59,504 bases of DNA, taken from NCBI GenBank assembly GCA_052326845.1, contig JBKQJR010000005.1; one strand, written 5' to 3'. A model generated the notes under the pieces. That model did not search any database, was not told where the DNA came from, and saw only the letters and a program-made list of their open reading frames with translations. The translations under genes and the position numbers were made by a program. Source of the stretch: Acidocella sp. Lineage in GTDB: Bacteria > Pseudomonadota > Alphaproteobacteria > Acetobacterales > Acetobacteraceae. Every line of letters starts with the position of its first letter. The stretch's first letter is position 1. Below are positions 48,994-56,939 of this stretch, in pieces.

Positions 48994-50301
48994 ATGAATG
49001 CATCGGTGCGGCCGGAAAACCGGTCTAGCGGAGTCTTCCACCAAGCGGCGGTCGAGTACGAGGCGCTGGCCGCACCGTTCCGGCCCATTTTCCCGCAGAT
49101 CGCCGCTACGGCGGTGGAGCGGGAGCTCAGCCGCACACTGGCCTTCGAGCATATCGCCGCCCTGCGCGAAGCCGGGTTTGGCAAGGTGCGCATCCCGCAC
49201 GAGCTGGGGGGCTTTGGTGCGACCATCCCGCAATTCTTCCGCCTGCTGGAGGAACTGGCCACCGCCGACTCCAATGTGGCCCATGCCTTCCGCGGGCATT
49301 TCGCCTTCCTGGAAGAGCGGCTGCTGCAACGTGACGAGGCGGCGATCGCGTTCTGGTTCCCCAAGGTGCTGGACCACAAGCTCATTGGCTACGCCATGGC
49401 CGAGCGCACCGAGGAGACCGGCAATTCCACGCTGCTCACGCGTGACGGCGAAGGCTGGCGTCTGAACGGCACCAAATATTATTCCACCGGCACCATCTAC
49501 GCCGACTGGATTGTGGCTGCGGCCAAGGACGGTGACGATTTCCTCTCGGTGGCGGTGGCCGCGGATGCCGAAGGCGTGGAGCGCATCGACGACTGGGACG
49601 GATTCGGCCAGCGCCTTACCGGCAGCGGCACCACGCATTTCCATAACGTGCGCATAGAGGACAGCCAGATCATCCGCCGCTTCTCGCCGGACGATGAGCG
49701 CGAGGACAGCTATAACCTTTCCTTCCTGCAGATGATCCTGCTCACCGCCATGGCCGGTGTGGGCCGCGCGGCGGTGCGCGACATTGTGGAGTTCGTGAAG
49801 CCGCGCACCCGGGCGTTTGGCATTCCCGGCAAATCGTCACCCAAGGACGACCCGCTGGTGCAGCGCGTGGTCGGCCGCGTGGCCAGCCTCTCCTACGCGC
49901 TGGACTCGATCATCGAGAACAATTCCCGGCATTTGCAGGAGCTCTACGAGGCGAAGCTGGCCGGGGTGGCGGCGCCCGAGGATTTCGTGCAGGCCAATGT
50001 GCGCACCTTCGAGGCTCAGCAGATCGTCATCGACCTCGTGCTGCAGCTGACCTCGCAGGTCTTCGAGGTCGGCGGCGCTTCCGCCACGGCCGAGAGCCGC
50101 CGCCTGGACCGCCACTGGCGCAACGCCCGCACGGCGGCCTCGCACAACCCTGCGATTTTCCGCGAGCGTGCCATTGGCGACTACCTGCTCAATGGCACCG
50201 CGCCGGTCACACGCTGGGCGCTGCAGCGCAAGCAGGCGGCGGAAGGCGAGACCACGGACGCCAAGCCGCCCGCACATGAGCGTGAACTGCCTTCTCTTTA
50301 A
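48994..50301 (+). CDS. DszC/SoxC-like acyl-CoA-dehydrogenase-fold flavin monooxygenase
   Basis: ADSNVAHAFRGH, LNGTKYYSTG, DDWDGFGQRLTGSG and LDRHWRNART.ASHNP motifs. Confidence 0.88.
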   Translation: MNASVRPENRSSGVFHQAAVEYEALAAPFRPIFPQIAATAVERELSRTLAFEHIAALREAGFGKVRIPHELGGFGATIPQFFRLLEELATADSNVAHAFRGHFAFLEERLLQRDEAAIAFWFPKVLDHKLIGYAMAERTEETGNSTLLTRDGEGWRLNGTKYYSTGTIYADWIVAAAKDGDDFLSVAVAADAEGVERIDDWDGFGQRLTGSGTTHFHNVRIEDSQIIRRFSPDDEREDSYNLSFLQMILLTAMAGVGRAAVRDIVEFVKPRTRAFGIPGKSSPKDDPLVQRVVGRVASLSYALDSIIENNSRHLQELYEAKLAGVAAPEDFVQANVRTFEAQQIVIDLVLQLTSQVFEVGGASATAESRRLDRHWRNARTAASHNPAIFRERAIGDYLLNGTAPVTRWALQRKQAAEGETTDAKPPAHERELPSL

Positions 50302-50319
50302 GCAAGAAAGATCAAAGCC

Positions 50320-51669
50320 ATGTCAGACCGCAAGCAGCTTTCCATTGGCATGAATATTCTGGGCCTGGGCGGGCACCAAGCCGCCTGGCGCCTGGGCGAG
50401 GTGCCGTCCACTTCGATCAACAACCCCGATTACTACGTCAACATCGCCAAGATTTCCGAACGTGGCACACTCGACGCCATCTTCCTCGCCGACGGCCCGC
50501 AGCTTGGCGGTGATGTCGCCAAGGGCCCGGCTGGGCGCCCGGAGCCGACCATCCTGCTCACCGCCGTGGCGGCGGCGACCACGCATATCGGCGTGATCTC
50601 GACGCTCTCCACCACCTATAACGAGCCCTATAATCTGGCCCGGCGCGTGGCCTCGGTGGACCAGATCAGCAGTGGCCGCGCCGCCTGGAACCTCGTCACC
50701 AACGCGGGCGACGGGGCAGCGCAGAATTTCGGGCTGGACGAGGCGCCGCTGCATGTGAGCCGCTACGACCGCGCCGCCGAATTCGCCGAAGTGGTCATCA
50801 AGCTCTGGGACTCCTGGGAGGATGACGCGATCCTCGGCGATTGGAAGGGCGGCCACTACGCCGACCCGGCCAAGGTACATGAGATCAACCATCACGGCCG
50901 CTTCTTCAGCGTCAAGGGCCCGCTCAACGTCTCGCGCTCGCCGCAGGGCCGGCCGGTGATCTTCCAAGCTGGCGGCTCCGAGGGCGGCAAGGCCGTGGGC
51001 TCGCGCTATGCCGACGCGATCTTCTGCACCCAGACCACGCTGGAGGCGGGCATCGAGTTCTATAACGAGATGAAGACCCGCGCGCGTGCCTGGGGCCGCA
51101 ACCCCGATCACCTCAAGATCATGCCCGGCATTTCCACGGTCGTCGGCTCCACCGAGGAGGAGGCCGAGCGTCGGCGCGAATATCTCGACAGTTTCGAGGG
51201 CAATCGCGGCCTGATTGCGCAGATCGCCGGGCGCATCGGGATCAAGCCCGAGGAGCTGGACATCGACGCGCCGCTGCCCTGGGACAAGCTCGATGACCTC
51301 ACGCCGCCCGAGAAGGGCTCGCACGGGTTCTTCGAGGCACAGATCAAGCTCGCCCAAGCCGAGAACCTGACCGTGCGCCAACTCGCCCGGCACATCCGCT
51401 CGGGGCATCGCCTGGTGGTGGGCGCGCCGGAGCAGATCGCCGATACGATTGAGGAATGGTTCCGCGCTGGGGCGGCAGATGGCTTCAACCTGATGCCGGA
51501 CGCCTTCCCTTCGGGCGCCGAAATCTTCGTGGACCATGTGGTGCCCATCCTGCGCAAGCGCGGCATCTTCCGCCACGAATACACCGGCACGACCCTGCGC
51601 GAGCATCTGGGGCTGCCCAAGCCGGTGAGCCAGTTCGCCGCCGGGGCGGCTGAGGCCATCCGCGCATAA
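50320..51669 (+). CDS. NtaA/DmoA/SnaA-family FMNH2-dependent monooxygenase (luciferase-like)
   Basis: IFLAD, STTYNEPYNLARR.ASVD.IS.GRAAWN, WDSWEDDA, GPLN..RSPQGRPV.FQAG and TLREHLGL motifs. Confidence 0.92.
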   Translation: MSDRKQLSIGMNILGLGGHQAAWRLGEVPSTSINNPDYYVNIAKISERGTLDAIFLADGPQLGGDVAKGPAGRPEPTILLTAVAAATTHIGVISTLSTTYNEPYNLARRVASVDQISSGRAAWNLVTNAGDGAAQNFGLDEAPLHVSRYDRAAEFAEVVIKLWDSWEDDAILGDWKGGHYADPAKVHEINHHGRFFSVKGPLNVSRSPQGRPVIFQAGGSEGGKAVGSRYADAIFCTQTTLEAGIEFYNEMKTRARAWGRNPDHLKIMPGISTVVGSTEEEAERRREYLDSFEGNRGLIAQIAGRIGIKPEELDIDAPLPWDKLDDLTPPEKGSHGFFEAQIKLAQAENLTVRQLARHIRSGHRLVVGAPEQIADTIEEWFRAGAADGFNLMPDAFPSGAEIFVDHVVPILRKRGIFRHEYTGTTLREHLGLPKPVSQFAAGAAEAIRA

Positions 51670-51691
51670 AGCGCGGCGGGGGAGTGGCAAG

Positions 51692-53356
51692 ATGCTAACA
51701 AGATCAGCTTTCCTGCGCGGCGGAGCAGGGGCGGCGGCGTTACTTGCGGCGGGCGCGGCCCGCGCCGATGCGCCTCTGGGTCTGCCCTCCGGCGGCTATC
51801 GCGAGACACAGCCCGGCCGCCCCGGCGGCACGCTGCGCGCCTCTGTGGCCCTCGACATCGGAGCGCTGGACCCGCACGCCCTCTACGCCACCAACGTGGA
51901 GTGGATCGGCCGGCTGTTGTTCGACAATCTCGTCTATCTCGACGAGCAGGGCCGGCCCGCCCCCTGGCTGGCCACATCCTGGACCATCTCGCCCGACGGC
52001 AAGACCTACACCTTCTCGCTGCGCGACGATGTCACGTTCAGCGATGGCGCCAAGTTCAACGCCGAGGCGGTGCTGCTCAACCTGGAGCACATGCGCGCCC
52101 CGGCCACCAAATCGCCGCTGGCGGCGACGTATATCCAGCCTTACGCTAGCGGGCGGGTGGTGGACGAATACACCTTCGAGGCCACGCTGCACGCGCCCTA
52201 TTCGCCGTTCCTCTACGTGCTGGCGCAGGCCTGGCTGGCCATGGAATCGCCCAAGGTCATCAAGGAGCGCCCGCTCAGCCTCAACACGAATCCCATCGGC
52301 TCCGGGCCGTTCATCCTGGATAGCTACATGCCGCAGCTGGGCATGAGCTTTACCCGGCGCCCGGACTACAACTGGTCACCGCCGGTCACCGGCCATAAGG
52401 GCCCGGCCTATCTGGACCGGCTGGAATTCGAATTTGTCCCCGACGCCTCGGTGCGCTATTTCTCGCTGGCCTCGGGCGAGTACGACTTAACCATCGACCT
52501 GCCGCCCCAGGCCGGAGCGGCGGCGCTCGCCAACCCGGCGCTCGCCGTGACCAACCGCGTGCGCATGGGCTGCCCCAACCGCGCCATCGCCTTCAATGTC
52601 GCCGCGCCACCCTTTGACGACATCCGTGTGCGCCGCGCCGCCGCTCTGGCCATGGATCGCAGCGGCATCGCGCAGATCGCCGGCTTTGGCCTCTACCGGC
52701 CCATCGCCAATTTCCTCTCGGAGACAACGCCGTTCTACGATGCCTCGGCGGCAGGTGCGCTGGCCTACGACCCCGCCCATGCTAACGCGTTGCTGGATGA
52801 AGCCGGCTGGACCGGGCGAGACGCCGAAGGCTACCGCACGAAGGCGGGCACGCGTCTGGCGGCGAGCGTCGCCATTGCGGTGGGTGTCACCTCCATTCCA
52901 GTAATGGTGGAAATCCAGTCAGACATGCGACGGGTGGGCTTTGACCTGCAACTGGAAGCGCTGCCCACCGGCATGCTGCTGCAGCAGCGCATTGCCGGCC
53001 AGTATCAGGCCATGAGCGGCGGCGTGTGGCACACCAACACGCCCGACGCGCTGTACATCAACTATCATGGCAGCCAGATCCCGACCTTTCACGAGGGCGG
53101 GCAGAACACCTCGCGCCTCAACGATCCGGCGCTGAACGCGCTGCTGGAGCAGGCCCGCGAGGCCACCGACACAGCGGCGCTGACGGCGCTCTACGCGCAG
53201 GCGCAGGCGCGGCTCATCGAGTTGGTGCCCGCCGTGCCGCTCTACGACAACCAGTCGCTGATCGGCTTTGGCACCCGGGTGCGCGGCGTCATCTACGATA
53301 CCTCGCATGAAACCCCCCATTTCGAGACCATCTGGCTACAGGAGAGCGCGGCATGA
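51692..53356 (+). CDS. Family-5 (peptide/nickel-type) ABC substrate-binding protein
   Basis: GGTL, PWLA.SW..S.DGKTYTF.LR.DVTFSDG, PIGSGPF and PFDD.RVRRA motifs. Tat-like leader TRSAFLR. Confidence 0.9.
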   Translation: MLTRSAFLRGGAGAAALLAAGAARADAPLGLPSGGYRETQPGRPGGTLRASVALDIGALDPHALYATNVEWIGRLLFDNLVYLDEQGRPAPWLATSWTISPDGKTYTFSLRDDVTFSDGAKFNAEAVLLNLEHMRAPATKSPLAATYIQPYASGRVVDEYTFEATLHAPYSPFLYVLAQAWLAMESPKVIKERPLSLNTNPIGSGPFILDSYMPQLGMSFTRRPDYNWSPPVTGHKGPAYLDRLEFEFVPDASVRYFSLASGEYDLTIDLPPQAGAAALANPALAVTNRVRMGCPNRAIAFNVAAPPFDDIRVRRAAALAMDRSGIAQIAGFGLYRPIANFLSETTPFYDASAAGALAYDPAHANALLDEAGWTGRDAEGYRTKAGTRLAASVAIAVGVTSIPVMVEIQSDMRRVGFDLQLEALPTGMLLQQRIAGQYQAMSGGVWHTNTPDALYINYHGSQIPTFHEGGQNTSRLNDPALNALLEQAREATDTAALTALYAQAQARLIELVPAVPLYDNQSLIGFGTRVRGVIYDTSHETPHFETIWLQESAA

Positions 53357-54288
53357 GCGGCAGGTACCGGCATCTGCTCTGGCGCCTGGGGGCGGGCGCG
53401 TTGGTGCTCTGGGGCACCGTCACGCTCGTCTTCCTGGCCATCAACCTCACGCCGGGCGACCCGGCCATCACGCTGCTCGGCGGGCCAGATGCGCTGCCCA
53501 CACCGGCCATCCTGCATCAGGTACGAGCCGAATACGGGTTCGACGCGCCACTGCACGTGCAGTATCTGCGCTATCTGGGCCGCCTGCTGCAGGGTAATCT
53601 CGGCACCTCCTACCGGCTGCACCAGCCGGTGGCGGCGCTAATCGCCGGGCAAATCGGCGCCACCGCCACGCTCGCAGTTTCGGCCATGACGCTGGGGGTA
53701 GGGTTGGCGCTGATGGTGGCACTGGCCACCGCCAAGCGGGCACGCTGGCTCACTTCGCTGTTCAACGGCATCGAGGTCACGCTCTCCTCGGTACCCAGCT
53801 TCATTACTGGCCTCATCCTGCTGCTGGGCTTCTCCTTCAGCCTGCACCTGTTTCCCTCCTCCTCCACGCGCGGCTGGACGGCCAACATCCTGCCGACAAT
53901 CACCATGGCCATGCCCATCGCCGCCGTGCTGGCCCAGGTGCTGCGGCGAGAGCTGGAGGACATTCTGGAGCAGCCCTTCATCGTCACGGCGCACACCCGT
54001 GGCCTCTCGGAGGCCGGCGTGCGCCTGGGCCATGCCCTGCGCCATGCGCTAGTGCCCGCCCTCACCATCGCCGGCATGATGTTCGCCGGGCTGCTGTCCT
54101 CGGCCGTGGTGGTGGAGACCGTGTTCAACCGCCAGGGGCTGGGCCGCATGATGACGGACGCCACTGCCAACCGCGACGTGCCACTGGTGCTGGGCATCGC
54201 CCTGCTCGCCACCTCGCTCAACATTCTCATCAATATCGCCATCGACCTCATCAACGCGGTGATCGACCCCCGCACGGAGCGCTCATGA
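53353..54288 (+). CDS. DppB-like ABC permease
   Basis: PGDPA, G.D.PL.VQY, GNLGTS, HALRHA, VETVF.R.GLG and IDPR motifs. Confidence 0.9.
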   Translation: MSGRYRHLLWRLGAGALVLWGTVTLVFLAINLTPGDPAITLLGGPDALPTPAILHQVRAEYGFDAPLHVQYLRYLGRLLQGNLGTSYRLHQPVAALIAGQIGATATLAVSAMTLGVGLALMVALATAKRARWLTSLFNGIEVTLSSVPSFITGLILLLGFSFSLHLFPSSSTRGWTANILPTITMAMPIAAVLAQVLRRELEDILEQPFIVTAHTRGLSEAGVRLGHALRHALVPALTIAGMMFAGLLSSAVVVETVFNRQGLGRMMTDATANRDVPLVLGIALLATSLNILINIAIDLINAVIDPRTERS

Positions 54289-55142
54289 GCCAGCTGACCA
54301 CCACCCTCGGCAGCCTGGAGGCCCCGCACCCCTGGCTGCGTGACCTCCGTCCCGGCTTCATCCTGGCGGTGGCGTTTTTGCTGCTGCTGCTGCTGGCGGC
54401 GGCGTTTCCCGCCACGTTGGCGGGCACCGACCCGCTGGCCACCAATGCCCACAACCTGTTCGCACCGCCCAACACCGCGCATTGGCTGGGCACCGACGAA
54501 GACGGCCGCGACGTCTGGTCGCGCATTGTCTATGCGGTGCGACCCTCGCTGCTGCTGGGCACCAGCGCGGCGCTGTTCAGCGCCCTGGCCGGGGCGGCAC
54601 TGGGGGTGGCGGCCGGGCTGGGCACGCGCCTGGCCGACAACGCGTTGATGCGCTTTGCCGACATGCTGCAATCCTTCCCCGAGATCCTGCTGGTGCTGGT
54701 GATCATCTCCTTTTGGGGCGCCACCGACACCACGCTGGTTTTCGCCCTGGGCGTTGCCGGGGTGCCGCGCGCCGCGCGCCAGGTGCGGGCCCAGGCGCTG
54801 GGGCTGCGCCGTGCCGGATTTGTCGAGGCCGCGCTCACGCTGGGCCTGACGCACGGCACCGTCATCCGGCGCCACGTGCTGCCCAATGCCATAAAACCGG
54901 TGCTGGTTCTGCTGCCGCTCGACATCGGCTGGAAGATCGCCGCCGTCGCCACGCTCTCCTTCCTGGGCGTGGGCGCGCCGCCGCCCGCCCCGGACTGGGG
55001 CTCGATGCTGGCCATCGACCGTGATTACGTGCTCAACGGCTGGTGGCTTACAGCCTTCTCGGCGGGTATCATTACCGCGACCGTGCTGGCCGTTAACGCG
55101 CTGGGCCGCGAGCTGGTCCGCCGCAGCGAGGGCCGCGTCTGA
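54285..55142 (+). CDS. DppC-like ABC permease
   Basis: HWLGTD..GRD.WSR, RHVLPN, LSFLG.G and PDWG.M motifs. Confidence 0.9.
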   Translation: MSQLTTTLGSLEAPHPWLRDLRPGFILAVAFLLLLLLAAAFPATLAGTDPLATNAHNLFAPPNTAHWLGTDEDGRDVWSRIVYAVRPSLLLGTSAALFSALAGAALGVAAGLGTRLADNALMRFADMLQSFPEILLVLVIISFWGATDTTLVFALGVAGVPRAARQVRAQALGLRRAGFVEAALTLGLTHGTVIRRHVLPNAIKPVLVLLPLDIGWKIAAVATLSFLGVGAPPPAPDWGSMLAIDRDYVLNGWWLTAFSAGIITATVLAVNALGRELVRRSEGRV

Positions 55143-56809
55143 TGCGCCCGCTGCTGAACGTGCGCGATCTGCGCGTCGACTTTCCCGGCGGGCGCGAGCA
55201 GGTGGTGAAGGGCATCTCCTTCACGCTCAACCGCGGCGAATGCCTGGCGCTCATTGGTGAGTCTGGCTGCGGCAAGTCCGTGACGCTGCGCACGCTGGTG
55301 GGTCTGCCCGGCACAGGGGGCGTGGTGCGCGCCGAGGCGCTGGAGTTCGACGGCGCCGATACGCGCCGCTTCTCCCCGGCCCAGTGGCGCGACATACGCG
55401 GCGGGCGCATCGGCTTTGTCCTGCAGGACGCGCTGCTCTCGCTCGATCCGCTGCGCAAGGTGGGCGAGGAGATCGCCGAGCCGCTGCGCCTGCACCGCGC
55501 CCTTACCCGCCCGGCGCGCGAGGCCCGCATGCTGGAGCTGTTGCGCGCCGTGGGCGTGCCCGAACCCGAGCTGCGCGCCGCGCAATATCCGGCCCAGCTT
55601 TCCGGCGGTCTGCGCCAGCGCGCGCTCATCGCCTCGGCCATCGCCTGCCAGCCTGAGCTGCTAATTGCCGACGAACCCACCACCGCGCTGGATGCGCTGG
55701 TGCAGACGCAAGTGCTCGACCTGCTGGCCAGCCTGCGCGACGGCAATACCGCCATGCTCATCGTCAGCCACGACCTGGCCGTGGCGGCGCGCCTAGCTGA
55801 CCGCGTGGCGGTGATGCGCGCCGGCGAGATTGTGGAAGCCGGCCCCACGCAAGAGATCTTGCGCCGTCCGCAGCACCCCTACACGCGCGAGCTGCTGGCC
55901 GCCGCCACCACCGTGCATGCCCACGATTCGGCTCCATCCGTGCCTGCGGCGCGCCGCTCCACACCAGTGGAGGTCGCCGCAATCGGCGTGACCAAGAGCT
56001 TCGCCAGCCCCGGCGGCGGCAAGCGCCTGGCCTTAGCCTCCTCCTCTGTCACGCTGCGCGCCGGCCGCACGCTGGGCATCGTTGGCGGCTCAGGTTCGGG
56101 CAAAACCACGCTCACCCGCATCATCCTGGGGCTGGAGAAAGCCGATTCCGGCGAGGTCCAGTTTCAGGGCCGTCCTTGCCTGACCCTCTCCCCCGCCGAG
56201 CTCCGCGCCGCCCGCCGTCGCGTACAGCCGGTGTTCCAAGACCCGCTCAGCTCCTTCGACCCGCGCTACACGGTGGAGGCCGTCCTGGGCGAGGCGCTGA
56301 ACGTGGCGGGCTACAAGCGCGGCCCCGAGCGCCGCGCCCGCGCGCTGGAGTTGCTGCATCTGGTGCGCCTTGATGAGTCGCATCTGCCGCGCCGGCCCAT
56401 CGAACTTTCCGGCGGCCAGCGTCAGCGCGTCGCCATCGCCCGCGCCCTGGCGCCTGAACCCGCCGTGCTCATCTGCGACGAACCGGTTTCAGCCCTCGAC
56501 ATCCCGGTGCAGGCGCAAATCCTCACGCTGCTTGCCGAACTCAAGCGCGACCTCAACCTCGCTTGCCTGTTCATCTCGCATGATCTCGGCGTGATCCGCC
56601 GCGTGAGCGACGACATCGCCGTGATGAAGGACGGCCATATAGTGGAGACGGGCGAGGCCAGCGACATTTTCCGCGCCCCGCGTCACCCCTATACGCAGGC
56701 CCTCCTCGCCGCCATCCCGGATGTGGAATTTCATACCGATGCCGCGTCATCTCCGATGGATAATAGTTGCGATCAGGAAGCTGGTCGTGGAATGTTTTTT
56801 GTATACTGA
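55142..56809 (+). CDS. Fused DppD/DppF-like double-domain ABC ATPase
   Basis: Two Walker A (GESGCGKS, GGSGSGKT), two signatures (LSGGL, LSGGQ) and two HPYT motifs. Confidence 0.92.
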   Translation: MRPLLNVRDLRVDFPGGREQVVKGISFTLNRGECLALIGESGCGKSVTLRTLVGLPGTGGVVRAEALEFDGADTRRFSPAQWRDIRGGRIGFVLQDALLSLDPLRKVGEEIAEPLRLHRALTRPAREARMLELLRAVGVPEPELRAAQYPAQLSGGLRQRALIASAIACQPELLIADEPTTALDALVQTQVLDLLASLRDGNTAMLIVSHDLAVAARLADRVAVMRAGEIVEAGPTQEILRRPQHPYTRELLAAATTVHAHDSAPSVPAARRSTPVEVAAIGVTKSFASPGGGKRLALASSSVTLRAGRTLGIVGGSGSGKTTLTRIILGLEKADSGEVQFQGRPCLTLSPAELRAARRRVQPVFQDPLSSFDPRYTVEAVLGEALNVAGYKRGPERRARALELLHLVRLDESHLPRRPIELSGGQRQRVAIARALAPEPAVLICDEPVSALDIPVQAQILTLLAELKRDLNLACLFISHDLGVIRRVSDDIAVMKDGHIVETGEASDIFRAPRHPYTQALLAAIPDVEFHTDAASSPMDNSCDQEAGRGMFFVY

Positions 56810-56841
56810 AATCCTGGAATTCGCCCCTGAATGCGCAAAAT

Positions 56842-56860
56842 CTCTATAAAGTAGATAGAA
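56842..56860. promoter_or_regulatory. Operator box upstream of the TonB-dependent receptor
   Basis: CTCTATAAAGTAGATAGAA is 16/19 identical to 48880..48898. Confidence 0.7.
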
Positions 56861-56939
56861 TTGATATTGATAAAAATCGCAGCTTTGAATATCGGTTGTC
56901 CTGCTTCCGTTTGGGTCTAAAATTCAAGGACAAAATGAA

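Noticed and set aside
46010-51669. Canonical dibenzothiophene 4S (dszABC) pathway
   Set aside because: No DszB desulfinase and a different gene order; family membership alone does not define the substrate, so no dsz symbols were assigned.
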